Program-made: the position numbers and the translations under genes | Assembly (NCBI RefSeq): GCF_000315625.1 | Contig: NW_005434659.1 | Location: 334,770-398,769 of the forward strand | Length of the DNA stretch: 64,000 nt | Direction of reading: 5' to 3' | Source of the DNA: Guillardia theta CCMP2712 | Taxonomy: Eukaryota; Protista; Cryptophyta | The notes under the pieces: model-generated | The model's database searches: none | Told to the model about the DNA's origin: nothing | The model's input: only the letters and a program-made list of their open reading frames with translations | Shown here: positions 50,694 through 60,133 of the stretch, in pieces | Layout of the letters: each line of letters begins with the position of its first letter | How positions within the stretch are numbered: position 1 is the stretch's first letter

Positions 50694-53285
50694 ATGCATC
50701 GATGGGATTGGCTCGGATCCTTCCTGCTTCTCGTACTCCTGCAACCCTCTCATGTCCTGGATGTTAAGAACGGCGTTTGGGAGCAGAGAGGCCTGCACCT
50801 GGCAGGAAGAAGAAAGCCTCCGTCGAGTTTAGTTGCTCTTAGAGGAGGAGAGGATAGATACACCTCGCCCACAGGCATTACATTTCCGCAGATCTTCAAG
50901 CAAGATCTTGAGCACCTAAAACAGGTGATGAGACAGGAGAAGACGGAGATCGGGTTTCGTGAGAACTGGATTTTGAATTTCAAGTCCAAGAAAAACATCT
51001 CCAAAGAGGGGCTGAACCTGGACACGAGAAGGCTGTTCAGGAGGCAACTGAAGAACGACTCGTTGGTGACTGAGCTATCGGAGTTGCTTTCGACCATTCA
51101 GGGGCAAGGGCTGAACGAGAGCGACGCGTCCGATGTTTGCAGAGTCTTCAACTTCCCTGTACCCAAGTCAAGGAAGAGTTATGACTGGGATCATACTATC
51201 GACTGCAGGATGCGTCTGATCATCGACTTCTTGAGGTGATGGCAGACCGATGCCGTTCCTGGAATCGCTGATGATGTTGTGTGTGCCAGGCAGAGGAGGA
51301 TCAAGAAGAAGGACGGCACGCTAGTGAGGCTTGATAGCATCTTTGAGGACCTATTCCTTCGGGTGAAACTCCCCACCACCACCACCACTGCCTCCTCCCC
51401 CCTCTCCCTCTCTCCCTCCTTCCCGCCCTCTGTTCCTACCTACTCCCCTCTCTCCCTCTCTCCCTCATTCCCGCCCTCCGTTCCTCCCTGCTCCCCTCAC
51501 TCCCTCTCGTTCCAGCAACCCCCTAATGCCCTACTGGCAGATGGAGGAGACACTTGCCCTCCGCGACGGCTATCTCACTGTCTATGGGCCCTCTTCGACC
51601 GACGGCGGGAACGGTTCCAAGTCCGTGAACTTTCCATTGAAGGCCAATGTCATAATGGAGGAGGTGCAAGGGCTGGGAAAGGCCCTGGTCATCCAGGACA
51701 AGAAGCCAGCAAAGTTTAAGCTGTCGTCCAGCTTGATTCCCATCGAGAATTCGCCGATGGCTCCAATTCGCAAAGTCGACTTGCTGCTATGGAATGCCAT
51801 CGATCAGGTATGTGCGGTCCGTTGAGGAGTGGAGAGTGTGGCGCGGTCACCCTAGACCAGGGATCGTCGGAGCTCGTGGAGAGGAGCTTGAATCAGGGGG
51901 CTAACGTCTCCTCTATCGATTGGTGACGAATCTCAGTATTTACGTCAGAGATCTCCTCATGCCCTGCAGGCGCCTCGGCTACGTCCTGCCCATCCATCGG
52001 GCGGTCTTGCAAGGAGATCCAGACGTTTTGAAGCTGCTGGTGGAGGAGGGGGCAAACGTCCATGCGCGCACGAGCGACCGCGTGACGCCGCTGCATCTTG
52101 CGGCCGAAGTGGGGAACGTGGAAGCAGCCAAGGTGAACGATACCCGCTCCCCCTAGTCCTTCTGACATGATGACGTCACCTCGCAGCTCCTTGTCAAGTT
52201 GGGAGCAGAAGTCAACGCCGTGGACCCCTCCTTTGTGAGCGAAGCTCGTAGATTATGCCGAGCCCAGTGACGAACGGTTTGGCAGGAGACTCCTCTGCAC
52301 AAGGCAGCGGCAGAGGGTCACGTGGAAATGGCTCGAGAGGTTGGGTGCTCTCGCTATGACTGGGAGGAGGTCGTGACGTTGTGCGCAGCTTGTCCTTCTG
52401 GGAGCAGATCTCTTCTTACGCAACAGGCAGAGGAGGACGGGGATGGGGAGGGGGTCGGGGGGGAGGAGGGAGAGGAGGAGGAGATATAGTTTAATCTGAC
52501 TATAACGCTTTCATGTCAGCTGGTTTGCAACGCCATCGGAGGTCGCAGAGTCCATGAGGAGATCGTACAAGGTCCCCCAAGATCTCAACAAGACTGAGCT
52601 CGCGGAGAGGCGGAGAAACCACGAGGTCGGAAGGGCCTCTTCCTCCCCTGACTTTGCGACTGAAGACGGTTGACAGATCATCTCGAATCTCCTCCGCCCC
52701 CATCCCTTGCTGGGGGATGAAGAGGACGAGGCAAAAATCTTCGGGAGGGGTTTCCTGACCAACCCCAACGGAACTGTCTTGTACGTGGGCAACATTGACT
52801 GGTAAGGCCGGACAGCCCCAAGGCCCTCCAGCAGAGCCCTGAGCTGCTGCGTCGAGGTTGACACAATCCCGCAGGTCAACGACAAGGGAGGAGATCGAGG
52901 CTCATTTCAAGCCCAGCTGCTCGGGCCTGGTTGAGATTGTCTTCTCTGCCCCCGGCAAGGTGGGCGCCATTGGCGTCGCCAAGAGACAGAAGTATGCCCC
53001 TGCCTCTCATCGCATGCTTGCCGATCCGTGCTCTCGGAGGCACCAGGGTTGTGTACTCATCGATCCTTTCAGGCCCCAGCACGGTGGTCGAGTGTGGTTG
53101 GTGTTCAAGGATGAAGTTTCGGTACGTGCTCATGTCTACTCCCGCATGCTGACCGTGCCCTCGAGGCCAACCGAGCTCTCCGCATGCGCGGCTCTGTCCT
53201 CAAGAACCGCAAGCTTTGGATCCAGAAGCACGAGTTCACGGACTCGAAGGCAAAGTCTCCTTCCAAGAGGTCTTTATCTGTTTAA
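50694..53285 (+). CDS. Signal peptide + LRGG + ankyrin repeats + RRM protein
   Basis: MHRWDWLGSFLLLVLLQ; ALRGG; TPLHLAA and TPLHKAA; LYVGNIDW.TTREEIEAHF and GRVWLVFKD; many short introns. Confidence 0.75.
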
Positions 53286-53777
53286 TGCATCTCGTAACGC
53301 CATGTTCTTCGCCTCCATCTCCTCTATCGTCCTCAAGAGATGTTGAATATGGTCGCTCTGTGACTCGATAGCTCGCTCATGCTCCCTTATCGCCTCCTGG
53401 AGGAACAGCGCTGCTCTCCTGCGCTCCGCGTCTAGTCCGTGTAACATGCGTTCGTCCAAAGGATCAGGACACTGTAAGGCTCTTAGATCCTCCTCGAGCT
53501 GCTGTATCCTCATCTCATAAGCCATGATCTCCTTGCGCTGCCTGAACAGCCCTGTCTTGTTCTGAAAGTCCTTGATCCTCCACCACGTCGCTTCCCTCCT
53601 TAGCTCCTCGTGAAGTCTGCTTCCATGAGTGTGCTTCTTCCTTGCTAGCTTGAGCTCTTCCTTCAGGACCTCTGCCATGGACGCCGTCTCGAGGAGCTTC
53701 TCCCTCATCCTCCTCTCGCCTCCTCTCGCCTCCACCACTGCCGCTGCCAAGCGCTCCAGGCTGTCTATGCGCTCCAT
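53274..53777 (-). CDS. Coiled-coil hypothetical protein
   Basis: Heptad-rich E/R/L ORF from MERIDSLERL; codon usage like neighbouring genes. Confidence 0.6.
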   Translation of the reverse strand: MERIDSLERLAAAVVEARGGERRMREKLLETASMAEVLKEELKLARKKHTHGSRLHEELRREATWWRIKDFQNKTGLFRQRKEIMAYEMRIQQLEEDLRALQCPDPLDERMLHGLDAERRRAALFLQEAIREHERAIESQSDHIQHLLRTIEEMEAKNMALRDALNR

Positions 53778-54044
53778 GGCCGTTGTGATCACTGGGATTC
53801 CACAAGGGGTAGTAGTAAAGGGGGTGGTCACGGTAGGGGTTATATTTCCTAGATTATTGTCGGTGAAGCCCTGGTGGGTAGTGAGCAGGAAAAGGGTGGG
53901 TTCATGCGTAGTAAACGAACCGGTGGATCCTAGAGTCAATATTAGGGTAGGGGTGGACGACTGGGAGAAGGAGGGTGGGGTGGCGGTAAGAATGCGCGGG
54001 TGGTTGGTCGCTCTGGAGGAGGAGGAGGCAAGGAGGAGGAGGAA

Positions 54045-54142
<98 letters not shown>
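54045..54142. repeat. (GAGCAG)n hexamer microsatellite
   Basis: Direct observation; the same unit recurs near 21615, 32230, 41615 and 57960. Confidence 0.9.
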
Positions 54143-54518
54143 CATGAGTTCAAGTAGAAGAGTGGCGGCATGAAGAGCAGGGAGGACGGAGGAGGAGGGG
54201 GGGAGAGGAGGATGGAGGGGAGAGGAGAAGCACAAGGGGAGTGAGGGTGGATAGGACAAGGAAGATAGAGGCTCCCAGCTCTTAGCGTTGCATACCAGAC
54301 AAACATTTTCCCCTTGGGAGAGCGAATAGATCCCACATCAGAAGAAGTAGAAATCAAACTCAGCCGTGCTGCCAGGAGCATGAGATGATGTTATCATGAT
54401 CCTTTTTGAAATGCTGACGCTGGATCCCGAGAGACTATGCTGAACGCATGAGGAGCTTCTGACTTGTTCCCCTCGCAGATCGCTCACTGGCAGGTCCAGT
54501 TCCTCATTGACATCCGCC

Positions 54519-56715
54519 ATGTCTGACCCGCTGTCAATTCTTCGGGAGCACATCATACAAAAGAAGAGCATCTCGCACGATGAGAATACTGTCTTCCTCG
54601 GCGACCTCAAGTTCCCTCGTAGCACAACGACCAAGTACAAGCAAGATCGAGGACGTGGTGACCCCTACACACTGGAAGCTCTCTACTTCTTGCACTTGAA
54701 GCAGCACCTTGCCGGTGCCACCAACGCTCGTGCGTACAACGAAGAGTCCAGCAAGCTCGGCTTCGCCAAAGTCCTTCTGGCGGATCAGAGGGATGCGCTG
54801 GCGTACTTGACGGGGAAGCAGGAGACATCCGAGAACCTGGTGTCTGCTGAAGACATCTCCAGTATCGCCCCGGGATCTCAGCCGGTCAAGGCGTCAGAGC
54901 GGGTGCCGGAGAAGCGGCCCAGGGACGAGCCGCAGCTGAACTTGAGCGATGAGAACATGGTGGCGGCGAAGAAGAAGTTTGCGGAGCGAGTGGACGCGCT
55001 GGTGCTGAGGCCGATCGAGAACACCAAGGAGAGCAGGACGCTGGTGGAGGACGAGAAGCAGGAGGCGTTCAGCTCTCCCTTCGTGCGCGCGGACGCGGCG
55101 GTGACGAGGACGCTGATAGAGCAGGAGAGGGTTCACACTTCGCTCAAGACGTTCGCCAACTGCGCTCCTGGCAAGGAGCTCAAGTCTCTCAAGGACTTCG
55201 TTGGGTCCGCCTACTCCAAGTCCTCCCGCGCTGTCAACGGAGCCAAGGCGGCCATGCCGGGGAGCAACGCGCAGCCGACGAGGCGCGATCGTTACAATGT
55301 TGATGCTCCTGATGCGTACAAGGCTGCCGGTATGGACCAGATGCTGCTGAAGGCGGAGCAGCGCAAGGGAACGTCGTTGCTCGCGACCTCGCAACCTGCC
55401 AAGAGCACGGCGCAGCTGTCGAGCAACCGGCCGACTCGTTGGGAGCCGATCATTGTCGTCCCACAAGCGCAATCATCGCTCATCAACAAGTGGAATGCTA
55501 AGATCCTCCTGGAGGTGAGGGAGGGAGGGAGGGAGGGAGGGAGGGAGGGAGGGAGGGAGGGAGGGAGGGAGGGAGGGAGGGAGGAGGGAAGACGAAGGAG
55601 GAGGGAGAAGGAGTACGGNNNNNNNNNNNNNNNNNNNNNNNNNNNNNNNNNNNNNNNNNNNNNNNNNNNNNNNNNNNNNNNNNNNNNNNNNNNNNNNNNN
55701 NNNNNNNNNNNNNNNNNNGAGGAGGGGAGAAGAGTGCTCCCTGATGAAAGGGGAGAGGAAGGGGAGGGGAAGGGGAAAGAGAAGGGATGGAGCATGGGAG
55801 GTATCTTGACTTTTGCATCTACCAGGAAGGGAAGTATCGCTCCAAGGAGGATGTCAGGAAGTCTGGAGCGGACCCCGACTCGCTGGCTACAGTCACGCAC
55901 ATGGAGGACCAGGAGATGCAAAGGTATCGGATCGTTGACAACGTGGACGCCTTGGGGGGTGAAGAATGGAATCGAATTGTCGCAGTGTTTGTACAGGTGA
56001 GGGACTTGAGTCGATCCCATGCGTCGTGTTGTCTTCCTCGCCCCTCTCTCTTCCTCGCCCCCTTTCCTCTCCTTCCCTTCCTGTACGCCCTCCTTCGCCA
56101 CCCTTCAACCTCCCCCTTCACTTTCCCCTTCCACTCGCCCCCTTCCTCCTCCTCACTTTCATCCCCCCCCTCCCTGCCCTTTCCCTCTCTCCTCCATCCT
56201 CTCCGCCCTCTCCCTTCATGACGCCAAGTGAAGGGGTCAGACTGGCAATTCAAGAATCCGAAGTGGAACTCAATAGGGGGGAATGTGAGCCGGCCGGGCT
56301 GTCGGCGACCGGGGCGCTGACGTGGCGCAGATCACTGGACTCTTCAATCGGGTCTCAGGATTTCACCTGATCTACTCGAAAGATCCAGAGCAACCGAACA
56401 TCAAGAAGTGGAACGTGAAGGTGCAGGGCGAGAGGAGCTGAGGGTTGTGGCTGACACTGCGGCAGAAACTGACCATCGACAGGAACCTCAGGCATCTCGA
56501 TGCTCAGGTGAGCGATGGGTGATGGTGGAGAGTGTTGGAAGGAGGGGCAGAGGCAGGGGGAGGAGCAGAGGGAGGAGGGAGGAGGGAGGAGGTGCAGACG
56601 AGGGAAAGATTGATGGTCATGGCAGGCGATGAATCAATTTTGGGAGACGTTGAAGCACAACAACAGGCTGAGCAGTCAGGTTGGAGTCGGGTTGAGGAGC
56701 TGCGTTGAAAGCTGA
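54519..56715 (+). CDS. CDC73: Parafibromin / Paf1 complex subunit
   Basis: MSDPLSILR, YTLEAL, LAYLTG, PIIVVP...SLI...NAK.LLE, WNRIVAVFVQG..WQFK, KKWNV, RHLD...FW; N-gap lies in an intron. Confidence 0.92.
55619..55718. other. Assembly gap (100 N)
   Basis: N run. Confidence 1.
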
Positions 56716-57186
56716 CTGTCTATCAAAAGCTGCAGGCAAGGAGCAGCGCAGGAAGAGCATGAAGGAGGAGGAGGAGGAGGAGGAGGAGGAGGAGGAGGAG
56801 GAGAAGGAGGAGAAGGAGGAGGGAGGGAGGGAGGGAGGAAGGGAGAAAATGAAGAATCCGGGCTCACAGATGGCTATGTTCACTTAAAATTGGGAACTGA
56901 AATTACAATCCTACATCCACATTCTTCTAAGAAAATGCGAAAGGATAGCTCGCCTATGACCACGACGTAGGAAGATAGGGAGCTGGAGGATAGGGAGGTA
57001 CGCAGGTTGGGGGTAGGGGACTGGGATTTTGAGCATGTACTCTGTCGACCAGCCCTCCTCTGCGTCCCTCCATCTTCTCCTCCTTCCTCCTCCCTCCTTC
57101 TTCTCATCATAGTCTAGCCCCCTCACCCCCTCATCTCTCTCTTTCCTCCTCCTCCTCCTCCTCCTCCTCCTCCTCCTCTTGCGCCT

Positions 57187-58252
57187 TCAGTTCTCCTCCG
57201 TGTTTGTCCGCGGCTTGTGCTCTTCCTCGTCGAGGTGGCTCCAGAGTGGCGCGAGCTCGAAGTTGCGCCGCTGGAGCCTCTTCTTGAGGACGAAACTCCA
57301 CAGGCCATACAGGGAGCCCAGCACGATGAAGACAATGCTCTGAGGCAAGATCAGACGAGGAGGGAGGGAGGGAGGGAGGGAGAGGAAGAGAGCGATAGAG
57401 GGGAGGGAGGGAGGGGAGAGGGAGAGAAAGGGGTGGAAAGGTGATCTCACCATAGCGAGAGCGAGCGCTTGTGCAGCGGAACCATCCTTTTTGCCGAGCT
57501 GGTTGACATCGGTGTCGGAGGAGAGTGTGTTGACGCGGGTGCAGGAGGCTGGGGGGAGGCGACTGACGTCGAGGAGGAAGGAGAAGAGGAGGGTCCGCTG
57601 GTAGGGGTTGTAGTTGTCGTCGGAGACTATCGCGAACTCGATCTGGCCCGGATTGCCGGCTCCCGGCAAGACCGCGAGGCCCTCGAAGTTGTCCACGTTG
57701 TGCTGGGAGTTGTTGAGCTCTGCAAGGAGCGAGCCGACCATGACGCACTCGCTGGGGTTCTGCTGGGCGAGCAGCAGGACTTCAGGGCTAAGATGCCGAA
57801 TCCTCAGGATGTTTCCTGCTCTTTGACGTCAGAGAGGGGTTAAGAGAGGGAGAGAATTGGCGGGAATGGTGTCAAGGAGGAACAGCAAGAGTAGAACAGC
57901 AAGACGAGCAAGGGGGAGTGAAGGTATCAGAGGAGACGATCGAGCAGAAAGAGCGGGAGCAGGAGCAGGAGCAGGTGCAGGAGAGGTAGAGGCGGGGAAG
58001 GCGGGAGTGGGCAGGAAGAGGAGGAGGACCTGTCGCTGCGCTCCAGAACCTCTCAAGCACAAGGAGATCTTCCTTCCCCGGCAGTCTGGCCATGGCGACC
58101 GGCCGAAGACCGTCCTCCACTTGGTAATACACGAGAGAGAAGTTGCCGTCAAAGCTGTAAATCTGCATCATCGTCATCGCTATCATCATCGTTCTCCTCC
58201 ACATCATCGTCGTCATCGTCGTCATCATCATAATTCTTATCATCATCATAAT

Positions 58253-58300
<48 letters not shown>

Positions 58301-59252
58301 TGTCAGTCCTCTCTTCTTACCCATCCAGGCACCATCTCCTTATCTGCCGCATCCGTCAGCCCATCACACTACCAGCAGGACCCACTACCAGCATGCAAGA
58401 AGATGTCCTGGACCGGGTCCTCGCAGAGGAGCAGCAGCCTGTCATGCAAGTATGAGATGACATTGAGCCCCCCGCCCCTCTTCTCCCTCTTCCCTTCCCT
58501 TCCCTCCCTCCCTCCCTCCCTCCCTCCCTCTTCCCCTCCCTCCCTCCCTCCCCCCCTCCCTCCTCACACATACCTGCCATCATGCAAGAACTCCATCGCC
58601 TCCACCCCTCCGTTGGGCTGGCAGATGTGCGTTGGAATCTCTTCAGGATCAAGATTTTTCGGGACGGTCGGGACTCCAAGGATGGAGGAGGAGGAGGGTG
58701 CAGGGGGGTATCTGCAGCAGTGTCGTCAGGAGGGAGACGCTGCCGGAGAACAAATCAGTTCCTCCAAACTCGATGGTTGCCTTCGAAGCTTATGAAGACG
58801 TCTCCCTGAAGAGGAGACGTATGGTTCGAGACGGCGATGCTCTCCGCGTCACTCCAGGCCTTGTTCCCGTGCTCGAGCACGCTCCCATCAAGGTTCAGCA
58901 GAGGAGCTATCCTCCCGTTGCTCACGCCCGTCAGCCACCCGTCCTCGTAGAGCAGCGTGGCGGACATGACCCATCCCTCGTCCGAGATAGCGACAACTCC
59001 TGCCTCCTGCGACAGGCGGAGGCCGGACCATCCTCCGAAGCCACCCACGGAGGACCTCAGCGCAAGACCTCCTCGAAACTGCAGCATGCCGACTGACTGG
59101 CTCGTCGGTGGTGGGCAATTTGCGCCCTTGCAAAGCGGTACAGGAGTGCACGTGAGGTCGGACAGGTCCTCCATCCAGGCGACATGAAGTGAGCACAAGG
59201 CAAAACTCCAGAGGAGGACAAGCTCGTTGCATCTCCTTGAAGCCCTCGACAT
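57187..59252 (-). CDS. Phytase-like (esterase-like activity of phytase) beta-propeller type I membrane protein
   Basis: LQFRGGLAL.S...FGGWSGL, AISDEG, DAES, ISFEG.HRVW, NGGVEA, LLVLER, DNFEGL, VSDDN....QRTLL; N-terminal hydrophobic stretch and C-terminal TM helix. Confidence 0.85.
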
Positions 59253-59505
59253 GACAAGGAGAGTGGGGCAAGACAGCAGAGGCAGCTAACTATTGCAAGG
59301 AGTGAGAAGACTCCAGGACAAGTCCAGCACGGCTGTGTGCAACAGCAGCAAGGAAGAGAGCAGCTATAAAGCTACTACCACAACAGCTTCATCCCTGCCC
59401 GGCTTCAATCAGCTCTAGATAAACTTCGTTCCTCTCTCTCTCCCTCCCTCCCTCCCTCCCTCTGTGTGTTTGTGTTGTGTGTCTTCGTCTCTGTCTCTCT
59501 CTGTC

Positions 59506-60059
59506 GCAAACGGAGGAAAAGGAACCTTGCAAATCCGCCTCAGGAAGATACTAGGAAACGGAGGAGGCAGCAAAAACCGCCACTCCAACCACAGCGGCAA
59601 GCGACGGCACTCGCGGCATGCACGACAAAAGCTGCCTAACCGGGTAGCTCAACTTAGCCCCTGAGGGGAGGACGGCAAGAACCATGCGAGAGCGATACTG
59701 CCGAAACAGGCGAGCACGCAAACGATGAAGGCCCGGCCTGGGTCCCCGGCGCGGCCAACTTGGCAAACTTGTCAACCGGGTACTCAGGCGAAGAACTTCG
59801 CCTTCGCCGCCGGTGGTGATGGGTGCCATAGCTCAGTTGGCCGCGCCGCGCGTGGGGCCATCATCGCTAGCCTTGTACGTGGGACCGGGTGTGGCGCAGT
59901 CCCTGCTCAGTGATGAAGCTTCGTGACGCTTGTACCGCCGAGATCGTGACTTGCTTGTTAGCATTTTTCGCTGCCTCCTTCGTTTCCTAGTGTCTTGTTG
60001 AGGCGGGTTTGTAGGGTTTATCCTTGTTTGCTCTGGTTTGCCTCTTTTTTTTTTTTTTT
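59506..60059 (+). ncRNA. Candidate structured RNA of about 540 nt (rod-like fold-back) ending in T15
   Basis: 59523-59571 pairs with 59970-60018 (42 WC, 6 G-U, 1 mismatch); perfect inner stems 59747-59759/59836-59848 and 59786-59793/59796-59803. Confidence 0.6.
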
Positions 60060-60133
60060 CAGTCAATAATAACCAGAAATTCTCCATAAACTGTGAGACC
60101 TTTGAGTAAAAAACATTTGGCGCGCAAAAAACC

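Noticed and set aside
59631-59648. CCTAACC as a telomerase RNA template
   Set aside because: Only 7 nt, partly buried in a local hairpin, and the organism's telomere repeat is not visible here
59822-59900. tRNA-like 5' halves / A-boxes (GGTGCCATAGCTCAGTTGG; CCGGGTGTGGCGCAG)
   Set aside because: No D-stem closure, anticodon arm or GTTC T-loop; these bases are used in the larger fold-back
59910-59960. C/D snoRNA (GTGATGA box C)
   Set aside because: No suitably placed CTGA box D or terminal stem
60116-60129. E2F-like site TTTGGCGC just before the NTPase ATG
   Set aside because: Single short match; cannot be distinguished from chance
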